Source: Octopus sinensis
Taxonomy: Eukaryota
Assembly (NCBI RefSeq): GCF_006345805.1
Contig: NC_043006.1
Span: 69,192,001 to 69,256,000 of the forward strand
Reading direction: 5' to 3'
Length of the DNA stretch: 64,000 nt
Shown here one piece after another: positions 11,969 to 22,987 of the stretch (positions within the stretch are counted from its first letter, which is position 1; every line of letters starts with the position of its first letter). The position numbers and the translations under genes were made by a program. The notes under the pieces were generated by a model. It had not been told where the DNA came from, searched no databases, and saw nothing but the letters and a program-made list of their open reading frames with translations.

Positions 11969-12534
11969 TTGGGTTGTCCGGAAAGTTCGTGCCGATTTTT
12001 AAAGGAAAGAAAAAGGCCAATAAATACTCGCTGTTACATTTTTAATCAACCAAATATGAACCATTTTGTTGCACAATGCGTCTCCATCTTTCCTTTAACT
12101 TGAAAATACCCTCTTTCCAGAACTTAGGTGGTTTCATAGCAAAGAATTCATCAAGGTATCTTTTTACGCCATCCAAGCAATTGAGATTTTTACCATTAAG
12201 ACTATTCTGCAGAGACCTGAATAAGTGGAAATCCGAAGGAGCAATATCTGGTGAATATGGAGGGTGGGGTAATACATCCCACCCGAGCTGCAGCAATTTT
12301 TGTCTGGTTCCCAAAGCATCAAGTGCCGAAAATGAACTCTCTTATCTTGCATTTTAAAGGGTTACAGAATTAACATAGGTTATAGGAACATAAATCTTTT
12401 TCCACGAAAAGATAGCTTAAATGTGCTTTAATCGGAGGTGTAGTCAAATCCTATTTTATGGACTCAACCATGTTCTAAAAATAAGTCAAAAGGTAAGCTA
12501 CTATAAATCGGCACAAACTTTCCGGACAACCCAA
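11969..12534 (-). mobile_element. Internally deleted mariner element (566 bp)
   Basis: 30 bp TIRs TTGGGTTGTCCGGAAAGTT(C/T)GTGCCGATTT at 11969-11998 and 12505-12534 (1 mismatch); TA TSDs at 11967-11968 and 12535-12536. Confidence 0.95.
12042..12352 (-). pseudogene. Mariner transposase remnant (N-terminus fused out of frame to C-terminus)
   Basis: MQDKRVHFRHLMLWE joined to LGTRQKLLQLGWDVLPHPPYSPDIAPSDFHLFRSLQNSL; YSPDIAPSD is the mariner third-aspartate motif. Confidence 0.9.
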
Positions 12535-12874
12535 TAGATCAAATATAATAATCTGAGAACGAAGAAAGAGAGTGTATACAATAGTGGAATCAGTTACCAG
12601 CAGTTATTAACGGTATGTTATACATTAAGGGAAAAGAAATTATCTAGACTGAACTAATGAGAAATTTGCTAACACACTGACCTGACCATAAAACTTTAAA
12701 TTTATATCAGTAATTATTGGGACACATGGATATACGAGTAATTGTCTCGCAAAAACCAGAAGGGATACGGTGACTCAGGAAATTATAGCTATAAATCATC
12801 AAAAGGACAGTGAAAACGTGCAAAGACATTAGCATATAGTAAGTGCATATAGCTAGGAGCAGACATGCATACAA

Positions 12875-13094
<220 letters not shown>

Positions 13095-14257
13095 TTAGGC
13101 ACACTTCATAGCCAGCCCCAACTCAACTCGTCCTGTCGAAAGACCCTTGTCCTACGTCCTGGTTTTGTTTTGTTTTTTATCTTACCGTTATTGTTTTTAC
13201 GTTTTTGTATTCTTATGGTGTGTTACGTATTCTGTATTTTTGTTCGTGTACTTCGTTCGTTTTCCGTCCTCGTGTTGTATACATTCGAAGCTTTCTTCAA
13301 GGGATCTAATGCGCTTGGCTTAGATTTTCCTTTGGGGGGCTGCCCAGATCGGAGCAATCTCAAGATTAATCAGCCGAAATTGCGAAGATGATCTGGTTCT
13401 TGACTGATGACTGAGGGCTTCGAATGTCCCGTCCTGTGTCTTGTGTCGTCTCTTTGGTGTTTCATGTTCTGGCCATGTCTGTATTTATTTTTTACTGTTT
13501 ACATATAAATCGGCGGTACGTATCCATAATTGTCCTTATACGATAAGTATATTTTTTCTCTAGCATTGATACGACTCTTCTCTGTCTCTTTCTCTCTCTC
13601 TTTCTCCCCCTATTCCCCCTTCCTTTCTTTCCCTCCAATCCGCCCCCCCCTTCTACGTTTCTCTATCTCTCTCACCTCCAGTCCCCTCGATCTGTCTCTT
13701 TTCTTCTCCTCCCTCGTCCACCTTCTCTCTCTTTTCATCTGTCCCTTTCTCCTGTCTTTTGTTCTCACGTGACCGCTAGCCACTGCTGAGCGACCTTTAC
13801 GTTCAGCAGTCGTCGAAGCAACACGTATTTGTTCGTCTCCCTGCGGCCATTAGGCACTACTTCATAAGCCAGCCCCACTCAACTCGTCCTGTCGAAAGAC
13901 CTTGTCCTACGTCCTGGTTTTGTTTTGTTTTTTATCTTTACCGTTATTGTTTTACGTTTTTGTATTCTTATTGGTGTCACGTATTCGGTATTTTTGTTTG
14001 TGTACTTCGTTCGTTTTCCGTCCTCGTGTTGTATACATTCGAAGCTTTCTTCCAAGGGATCTAATGCGCTTGGCTTAGATTTTCCTTTGGGGGGCTGCCC
14101 AGATCGGAGCAATCTCAAGATTAATCAGCCGAAATTGCGAAGATGATCTGGTTCTTGACTGATGACTGAGGGCTTCGAATGTCCCGTCCTGGGGCTTGTG
14201 TCGTCTCTTTGGTGTTTCATGTTCTTGTCCATGTCTGTATTTATTTTTTACTGTTAC

Positions 14258-14258
<1 letters not shown>
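13095..14258 (+). mobile_element. Unclassified repeat family X, R-U-R structure (locus 1)
   Basis: R at 13095-13502 and 13850-14258 (755 bp period), U 13503-13849; flanked by (TA)n; same structure at 29265-30344. Confidence 0.85.
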
Positions 14259-14325
<67 letters not shown>

Positions 14326-14470
14326 ACCTATCTATCTATCTATCTATCTTTATCATATATCTATCTATCTATCTATCTATCTGAACATACATACCCATTC
14401 CTGCAATAACATGCATGTTGGGACACATACTTATGCTAATATTTACATGCTTTAAGATTACTCACCTCCA

Positions 14471-15087
14471 AGGCGGCGAGCTGGCAGAAACGTTAGCACG
14501 CCGGGTGAAATGCGTAGCCGTATTTCGTCTGCCATTACGTTCTGATTTCAAATTCCACCGTGGTCGACTTTGCCTTTCATCCTTTCGAGGTCGATAAATT
14601 AAATACCAGTTACGCACTGGAGTCTATGTAATCGACTTAATCCGTTTGTCTGTCATTGTTTTGTCCCATCTGTGTTTAGTCCCTTGTGGGTATTAAAGAA
14701 ATAGGCATTTCGTCTACTGTTACGTTCTGAGTTCAAATTCCGCCGAGGTCGACTTTGCTTTTCATCCTTTCGGGGTCGATAAATTAAGTACCAGTTACAC
14801 ACTGGGGTCGATGTAATCGACTTGATCTCTTTGTCTGTCCTTGTTTCCCCCCTCTATGTTTAGCCCCTTGTGGGCAATAAAGAAATAAGAAACGTTAGCA
14901 CGTTAGGTAAAATGCTTAGCGGTATTTCATCTGTCTTTACGTTCTGAGTTCAAATTCCTCCGAGGTCGACTTTGCCTTTCATCTTTTTGAGGTCGATAAA
15001 TCAAGTACCAGTTGCGTACTGGGGTAGATCTAATCTACTGGCCCCTCTCCCAAAATTTCGTGCCTTTTGCCTTGAGTAGAAACGAAT
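14471..15087 (+). mobile_element. SINE family B, internally multimeric, with 14 bp TSD
   Basis: Head GGCGGCGAGCTGGCAGAAACG, B-box-like GAGTTCAAATTCC in the repeated body; three body repeats; ATTACTCACCTCCA at 14457-14470 and 15088-15101. Confidence 0.9.
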
Positions 15088-15184
15088 ATTACTCACCTCC
15101 AGTTTCTATATCCAGATTATAAATTCACATTTATATCAATAGTAATTAATGCACCTGGTTTTAGGAAGTAAAAACCAAAGTGAC

Positions 15185-15303
15185 AATCTGGAAATGCTGA
15201 GGTTTCCAGAAAAAGAAATCAACACGCTAAGACGCACATTATAAAGAGAGTCTGTAAGAGGAACCGTAAAAATATGTAAGACATTTTTCAAGTTCAACAC
15301 GTG
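15185..15303 (+). mobile_element. 3' coding end of an RLE-type (R4/CRE-like) non-LTR element, decayed
   Basis: Translates NLEMLRFPEKEINTLRRTL*RESVRGTVKICKTFFKFNT*; resembles the recalled C-terminus of such elements. Confidence 0.4.
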
Positions 15304-15419
15304 ATACTTTTGTTGTCTACATTCCAGTCCTGGAGCTTTGTATCTTTGGTAGAAGCCAACTTCTTCCTTATAAACAATAAAAAAAAATCGAAGAGAACAT
15401 TCATACATATATAATCAGG

Positions 15420-15600
15420 GGCAGGCATGGCTGTGTGGTTTTTCAGCCACGGTGTGGTTTTTCAGCCACTTGGTTCCGGGTTCAATCTCACTAGGTGGTA
15501 CTTTGGACAGGTGTCTTTTAATATAGTTTCGGGCCGACCATAACCTTGTGAGTGGATTTGGTAGACGAAAACTGAAAGAATCCCATCGTATATGTGTATG
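15420..15600 (+). mobile_element. SINE family A, 5' part
   Basis: Collinear with 10878-11040. Confidence 0.75.
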
Positions 15601-15608
15601 CATATATA

Positions 15609-17418
15609 CAGTATCTCACAGAAGTATGTACACCCCTAAAGAATTTCAGTAAAATTGTCATTACATTAATAATATCGAAGGAAATCAAACGAAATTTATA
15701 CTGAATAAAATATATTATACATGCAAATATACAAATTTGGAACACAAAACAATAAACATTTTCAAAGATATGAACGAAATAGTAGTTTTTAAACGAGGCA
15801 AAAATATGTACACCTTAAAGGATTATTTGCTATATTCAATATTTGGTGTGACCGCCCTTGCTTTCAATGACTGCATTAAGTCTTCTGGGCATAGAGTCGA
15901 CTAAATTTTTGCATATAACCAATGAAATCGACCTCCATTACATTGCGTTATATTGCGGGATTTTCTTTCTCAAACTTCCTCTTCAAAACAGCCCACAGAT
16001 GTTCTATTGGGTTTAAATCAGGTGACATGGTAGACCAAGACAACACCTTTATGTTTTTATCTGATAAAAACTTAGTCATCATTTTTGAAGTGTGTTTAGG
16101 ATCATTATCATGTTGGAACATGGAATGTCTTCCTAGTTCCTTGATGCTTTTCAACATTGTTTTCTGCAATATGCCACAATAAAGCCTTGAATCCATTGTT
16201 CTCTCAGTAAATGTGAGTCCTCCCACACCAGCTGCACTCATGAATCCCCAAAGGATAAAACTTCTGCCGCCGTGTTTCACAGTAGGTACGGTGCATTTGT
16301 CGCTATTATCTCCACCTGGTCGTCACCATACACGTTTAATACCATCTGGCCCAAACTACTTGATTTTAGTCTCACCAGAAAAAAGAATTTTATTCCCAAA
16401 ATCCTTCCCCTTACTCATATAGGTTTCGGCAAAAGGAAGACGACTTGATTTATGCCTGATAGTGAGGAGAGGATTCCTACGAGGAACGCGTCCAAGAAGA
16501 CCACACTGGCTCAAACTTCAGTGAACTGTTTGGGCGGATACACTCTTTCCAATAACAGAAGACACTTCTTGGGCCAAAGATGAAGCAGTACGACGACTTC
16601 CTCTTCTTCTCTTTATTCCCCTCTTCCTCTTCTCCCTCCCCTTTTCCTCTTCTTCTTTCTCTTCCACCTCTTCCACTTCTTCCTTCCTTTTCCTAATTTT
16701 CCTCTTCAACTGCCTCCCCCTCTTCCTCTTCTTTCACGTCCTTTTCCTATTTCTCTTTTTTCTCTTCCTTTTCTCTTCTTCTTCCTCTTTTTCCTCCCCT
16801 CCCCTATTCTTCTTCTTGTTCTTGTTCTTCTTCCTCTTCTTCTTCTTCTTCCTCTTCCTCTTCCTCTTCTTCTTCTTCTTCCTTTTCCTCCCCCTCCTCC
16901 CCCTCCTCCTCCTCCTACTACTACTACTCCATATCACGCACACTTAAAATAGAAGAACGACGTGGACAATGTTTATTGCTTAGCTGTCCATTAGCTTTGT
17001 ACTTCTGAATTACTTCGGCAACTGTGTTTACGCCAGTATGTATTCATTTGCTAATTAACTTGTATCCTAAACCATTCTTGCACAAATTAAAAATAATTTT
17101 CTTCAAATCTTCAGACAATTCTCTTTCTTTTGGTGCCATTTTAATCACAATGAAGATTTTCACCACGGTACACAAATCAGAACTCCTGCAGACGTAATAA
17201 CAATGACCGGTGCAAAAATGCCAATAAAAATAATTTATTAGAACTGAAATTATCAGCAATATTTGAATTTAGTAAAAAAAAGTGGAAATAATATTCAGGG
17301 TGTACATATTTTTGTAACGCTTGAGAATTATTATTTCCTTCATGTTTATTGTTTTGTGTTCCAAATTTGTATAATGTCTGCATGTATAATATATATTATT
17401 TAGCATAAATTTCGTTTG
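15609..17418 (-). mobile_element. Tc1-family DNA transposon with long IR/DR-type TIRs; right TIR truncated by the PLE
   Basis: TA-CAGTATCTCACAG left end; inner DR CAAAAATATGTACACC at 15799-15814 and its reverse complement at 17299-17314; 17299-17418 is the reverse complement of about 15687-15814. Confidence 0.9.
15836..17139 (-). pseudogene. Tc1 transposase pseudogene (DD34E)
   Basis: MAPKERELSEDLKK...; VKHGG; FQHDNDPKH...SPDLNPIE with 34 residues between D and E; ends AVIESKGGHTKY*. First catalytic D reads G (FSGETK); in-frame stops; low-complexity insert 16600-16930. Confidence 0.92.
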
Positions 17419-17988
17419 TCTCGCCCCTAAGAAATACACCATGTATTCTTTAAATATTCAAAACATTAGTTTTGGTCACACAGAACATCTCCACACCCCT
17501 TGTTCTCATTAATTCCTCACCTACTAGATTTGACCGCGGCCTGACCTGTAAGTATTCCAACGGACCCCACCAACCCCCCGATTTCAACGTACATTGATAA
17601 ACAGTTTATCCATGGGCTCTTAAGGAGCGTCCTCGTCGAATTGCTTGGCTGCGCCTCTGTTTTGTTTTGTTCTGACAACGTAATTCCTGGTTTTTCCTGA
17701 AGAGAAAGCTGCAATATGGTATCCTTCTCTTAATCAGAATTGGAAAATTGTGGCCTTTGAAACATGTGTAGAATGTAATAAAAGGAATTCTGTACAATCT
17801 TCGTTCAACTCCATTTCTTCCATTCACTAATTATATTAAACTTCAATTATCCGCACCAACGCACGTTGCAACACCATATGTTCTTTTCTCCAACCGTGTT
17901 TTTTTCTGCTGTGATTTTTGCTACCCAGGTATCGGTTAAACTTTTGAATAATCTGTAACAAGAAAATTCATCTTTCCATTTCAACAAA
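17415..17988 (+). repeat. PLE pseudo-LTR, upstream copy
   Basis: Collinear with 21109-21681; differences are mostly in homopolymers. Confidence 0.93.
17682..17789 (+). ncRNA. Type I hammerhead ribozyme in pLTR
   Basis: AAUUCCU..UUC-CUGAAGA-G-AAAGCUGCAAU...AUUGUGGCCUUU-GAA-AC(AUGU)GU-A-GAA..AGGAAUU; predicted cleavage after GUA at 17770. Confidence 0.8.
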
Positions 17989-18032
17989 ACATACCGCTTC
18001 GCCAAGAACTGCTACATTAACCGATACCGATA

Positions 18033-20743
18033 ATGGAGTTGTTCGAGATTGATGCGTCCCTTAAGGATATTCCTATACCACGAAGGATGCCTTCCTTAAG
18101 GAATTGGTTTGCAAAACTCAAACGCTTTCATAAACCGGTTTAGATGGCTTGCTTTTCTTCACCGACGAAGAGGACGGGAGAATCGCAAAGGTGCAAGCGG
18201 ACACGCATCGTCCGAATATTGTGGGCTTTTTAAGTCGATGGACACCACGCCACCAAGCCACCTAACCCAAGATGAAGAAGTTTGAGGACGACTTGTGGGA
18301 CATCGTAAGGAAGATTAAGTTCAGGAAGTCACCCAGGAGAAATGATCACCTCAGACACCTAGATAAAATTACCAAGGATATTAATAGGTCGGATGGAATC
18401 TGGGTCCAGTCTGACAAGACAAGGAACACATATAAGTTACCCTTAGACAGTACTGGATTACTCGGAAAAGAGATCAAGAAGAATTATTAGAACAACTAAT
18501 TGGAACACACTGAGAAAAGTAAACTTGGAGATTAAGGAAATAATGTTTAAATCGGAATTCAAATGAGAACGCAGCCGCTAGCCTAAACAACCTAGATTCA
18601 TAGTGAAGGACCACAAACCGAATTTCTACACCAACCCAGCGTTAAGACTCATATGCCCTTGCTAGTTCCGATATCGGGACATCAGTAAGTATATTTTAGA
18701 TAAAAAATATATCCCTAGTTTAGTAAATAAGCTGAAGCTTAGCCTGGGCTAACTCCTCGCAGGTCGTGAAGTGGTTCTCTTCCATCCCTAATAAGAACCG
18801 TACTAGGTTTATTCAGTTTGATATCGCCAGCTTCTACCCCTCGATTAACCCTAGTGTACTAAATAAGGCCCTGTGGCATGCTCACAACAAGGCAGGCCTC
18901 ACTAGAGAAGAAATTGATATTATTTTAGTTGCCAGAAAATCATTTATAAAGTTTGAAAATAAGTTGTGGATTCGTAAAGATACTCCCAACGAATTCGATG
19001 TGCCTATGGGTAGTTCGGATAGCGCGCAGATAGCCGATTTGGTCGGAATCTATATTCTCTACGAATTATCCGACCAATTCCCGGACATCGCGGGGGCCTG
19101 TATCGTGACGATTGTGTTTTACCTGCAAAACACAACGAACAGAATCGTTACAGAAAACTAAAAATAGGTTAGCTAGGTTCTTTAATAGAATGGGCATGAA
19201 TATAGTTTTTGATAATGAACTCACTAAGGCTAATTTCCTAGACGTCACACTAAACCTCCATAGCGATTCATTGCCCTTACCATAAGCCTTCCACTAATTT
19301 AAAGTATGTTAGTGTCTTCTCCAATCATGCCAAAACCGTAACGACAATTTGGTTAAAAACATCTCTCTAAGATTGTCTAACTTGTCCGTAGTGCCGACAT
19401 CTTTATGCAGAAAGCGGAATTTTATAACGCCGCACTACCCAAAGCCGGTTATAGGCAGAAGGTAGTATATATTGATCCGCCCTTCCGATGCCACCATTCG
19501 GTCATCAGGATAGGGCCGTCTATAATAACATAAATAATTTAAGTAGTGAGGGAGCGGGGGGAGTGTTGGGGCAGGTACTTCTGGATTTAATTTAGGGACA
19601 TAGATAATTTACGGTCCGGGGGAGGTCATACTAAACCAAAACCTTTATTCAACCTAGAATCACCCACCCTAATGTCAGAGCTGGCTACCCGACCCACCAC
19701 AAAAATAGGAATAAACATATCTGGTTTGTAATTCCCTTTGGTAAGCAGATTAGAACTAATCTTCCCCTCCTGTTTCGCCAAGCCATTGTGCCAGTAACTT
19801 CCCCAGAAATTCCAAATATTACTCCACGGTTAATTCACATAAAGTTAGGATAGCTTTCTCCAACACAAAAAACCTTTCCCAGATAATCGCCTCCCATAAT
19901 AATAGGCTGCTTATAAGACCCTCACCATTGTCCGGAGGCGCAGCTCCGTCTAATTCCAGTTAAAGTTTAACGCGCAGTAGTAGAATAATAATAGTAGTAA
20001 TAATGATAAAAGAGCCAGTACAGTGACTGGTAATCTCAGTACCAACCAGGGAGTAAATAATAGGTTTAGCGATAGAAGAAATGGTGATGTTAATAACGTT
20101 AGTAATGGTAATAGGGAGGTGAGCGCAGGTCGGGTCATTGATGTAGAGAGTCCTAATAGCAACCTTAGCATCGTTTCCGGCAATAGCAGGTCCACGGATA
20201 CTAGCAATTACAGCGTTCTCACCGATAGGGAATACACAGGGGATAGTCCGTTAATTAATAGTGATAATGAGGAGTATAATGTAGTAGGCGGACCGCAGTT
20301 CTCACAGTCAATATAGTAACAGAAACGCAGTATTAATATCAGAAGCTAATCCCAATAGAATAAGGTTCTTGTCTAGTAACTCCAAGATCAGAAATGCCAT
20401 TTACCAATGCAATGTGTTTACACGGATTCAGATGTCTACTCGTATGTCGGGGCCTCATCGTCAAAATTGGCCCTTGAGAATATCGAACCATTTCGCAACT
20501 TTTCGCGACGTTAATAAATACCAAGCTACAGGACTTAGCAAACTTATCTGGCGTTTGAAGAACACGAATTCAGCTTTTAGGCTGGAATGGTCGATTTTGT
20601 CGGTGGCCCTCCCGTTTGATAGGGGCAGAAGGAGGTGTAATCTTTGTAACTCTGAGCTTTTCCACATATTGTTCGCCAGAGGCCGTTTGGTGAACGGCTT
20701 TTCGATGTCCCCATTGGCGGCGTCATACTTATCTTACATATAA
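18033..20743 (+). pseudogene. PLE ORF: reverse transcriptase plus GIY-YIG endonuclease (frameshifted as given)
   Basis: SLKDIPIP, FEDDLWDIVRKIKFRK, SDKTRN, QFDIASFYPSI, FDVPMGSSDSA, GLYRDD (YRDD at 19101-19112), NFLDVTLNL, AIYQC...YSYVG, CNLCNSE. Confidence 0.9.
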
Positions 20744-21108
20744 ATGATACCTAGGACAATTAACACCTTGTTACCCTATTAAAATGAAAAATATTTTGGA
20801 AATAATTTTTGAAAAAACTTTAAAAAAAAATTCTCTGAATAGCTCTTGCAAGGGGAAATTACCCCCCTTATGCGATTGGTCGGTTTTTTGTTTTTTTAGA
20901 AGCAAACGCCGGAATTATATACCCTTGTGATTCTTTGACGATGTTAATTTTTATACAAGCAGGCCACAGACGAACACACGAACACAGAAAAATTTTTTCA
21001 GCCGCGTGACAGGCCTTTTTCAGCAGTGCTCATTATCTAGCGCCCCTCGCCAACACACGCGGGGGCGCACACATAGGCTAGTATACACATACATGCTTTT
21101 AGGTAGGT

Positions 21109-21681
21109 TTTGTCTCGCCCCTAAGAAATACACCATGTATTCTTTAAATATTCAGAACATTATTTGGTCACACAGAACATCTCAACACCCCTTGTTCTCA
21201 TTAATTCCTCACCTACTAGATTTGACCGCGGCCTGACCTGTAAGTATTCCAACGGACCCCACCAACCCCCCGATTTCAACGTACATTGATAAACAGTTTA
21301 TCCATGGGCTCTTAAGGAGCGTCCTCGTTCGAATTGCTTTGTTGCGCCTCTGTTTTGTTTTGTTCTGACAACGTAATTCCTGGTTTTTCCTGAAGAGAAA
21401 GCTGCAATATGGTATCCTTCTTTAATCAGAATTTGGAAAATTGTGGCCTTTGAAACATGTGTAGAATGTAATAAAAGGAATTCTGTACAATCTTCGTTCA
21501 ACTCCATTTCTTCCATTCACTAATTATATTAAACTTCAATTATCCGCACCAAACGCACGGTTGCAACACCATATGGTTTTCTCCAACCGTGTTTTTTTCT
21601 GCTGTTTTTTTTGCTACCCAAGTATCGGTTAAACTTTTGAATAATCTGTAACAAGAAAATTCATCTTTCCATTTCAACAAA
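21109..21681 (+). repeat. PLE pseudo-LTR, downstream copy
   Basis: Collinear with 17415-17988. Confidence 0.93.
21375..21482 (+). ncRNA. Type I hammerhead ribozyme in pLTR
   Basis: Same fold as 17682-17789; CUGAAGA 21390-21396, GAAA 21452-21455, GUA 21461-21463. Confidence 0.8.
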
Positions 21682-21695
21682 TATATATATATTAT

Positions 21696-21731
<36 letters not shown>

Positions 21732-21881
21732 GAATATTATATACATATACAACACACACACACACATATATATTATATACACATATACATACATACATAC
21801 GCACATACACGTACACACACACGCACGCACACACACGCGCACGCACGCACACACACACATGTATATATATATATATAATTA

Positions 21882-22047
21882 TAAATGAAAAAATACACAT
21901 TAAGAACTGGACATCACCAACGAATGAAATACACGTAAACACACAATGAGAGACAAGTACGGGACAAAATACCAAAATACCAAAAGAAGTCTAAACCTCC
22001 TCAGTTGTCGACTGTGATATTACTCCCTATTTCGTGCAAGAAAACTT
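21882..22047 (-). repeat. Repeat fragment Y, probable diverged relative of family X
   Basis: Minus strand GAAA...CTGAGGA followed by TGTCCCGT and a T/G-rich tail into (TA)n, as in family X. Confidence 0.4.
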
Positions 22048-22052
22048 ATATG

Positions 22053-22128
<76 letters not shown>

Positions 22129-22129
22129 C

Positions 22130-22169
<40 letters not shown>

Positions 22170-22180
22170 CAGATAGTTTC

Positions 22181-22283
22181 ATTCTTCATTTATCTGAAGA
22201 GAAGATTACATTGTTTTACACCATATCATTCCTTTGGAAAATACCAGTGATATCTTCGAAACATGTGTCGAAAGTAAAAGAAT
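22181..22283 (+). ncRNA. Type I hammerhead motif from a related PLE terminal repeat
   Basis: CUGAAGA 22194-22200; stem II GAAGAU/AUCUUC plus CAUUG/CAGUG; GAA-AC(AUGU)GU-C; proximal stem I has one mismatch, distal AUUCUU/AAGAAU. Confidence 0.65.
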
Positions 22284-22319
22284 TTGAATAACACCTGCGT
22301 TTAACTCCATTAATTATAT

Positions 22320-22364
<45 letters not shown>

Positions 22365-22374
22365 GTAAATATAT

Positions 22375-22560
22375 TCTCTTATTCTTTTACTTGTTTCAGT
22401 CATTTGACTGGGGTCATACTGGAGCACCGACTTAAAGGGCGTTAGTGGTTAGTTATTCTATCCGTATATTTTGCTGGACCGCTACGTTGTGTATATAAAC
22501 ACATCAGCACCGATTGTCAAGCGATGGCGAGGGAGACAAACATAGATGCACACACAAATA
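22375..22560 (-). mobile_element. SINE family A, 3' part
   Basis: Collinear with the A family. Confidence 0.7.
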
Positions 22561-22581
22561 TATATCTATACATATATATAT

Positions 22582-22668
<87 letters not shown>

Positions 22669-22692
22669 CATACATATTATATAATATATATA

Positions 22693-22734
<42 letters not shown>

Positions 22735-22934
22735 ATTCTCTAAACGAGATATAGACAGTAACTGCTCCATAACATAAGGGACGTTAGCCATCTGAATGTG
22801 GCTAGGGACAGAGCAGGGCGGTGGGGGTGTTACTGATTCATTTAGCCCCAGGCGATCATCAACGTCACCAGGAGGGCTGACGCCATCACGGCGTCCTCTA
22901 GCCTGCAAAGGAGATCATTCCGAAATAAGCGGAT

Positions 22935-22987
22935 TGCCACATACGGACCTAGGTTTCAAGGTGTTTGCCTATTATCACGTATGGCAG
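22935..22987 (-). ncRNA. Hammerhead-like motif, degenerate core
   Basis: CAUACG-UGAUAA-UAGGCAAACACCUU-GAA-ACCUAGGU-C-CGUAUG. Confidence 0.5.

Larger units (their letters stand above)
17415..21681 (+). mobile_element. Penelope-like retroelement (GIY-YIG type), near full length, with direct terminal repeats
   Basis: Terminal repeats 17415-17988 and 21109-21681 flank an RT-EN ORF; an HHR in each repeat; ends in (TA)n. Confidence 0.93.

Noticed and set aside
13218-13245. Minus-strand CTTGAAGA/CTGGAAGA...GAATGT in family X as a second HHR
   Set aside because: Core boxes are not canonical and there is no stem I or II.
13835-13850. TGG-starting primer-binding-site candidate next to family X R (minus strand)
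   Set aside because: It matches no tRNA 3' end I know and is not conserved at locus 2, so a TRIM/LTR call is unsupported.
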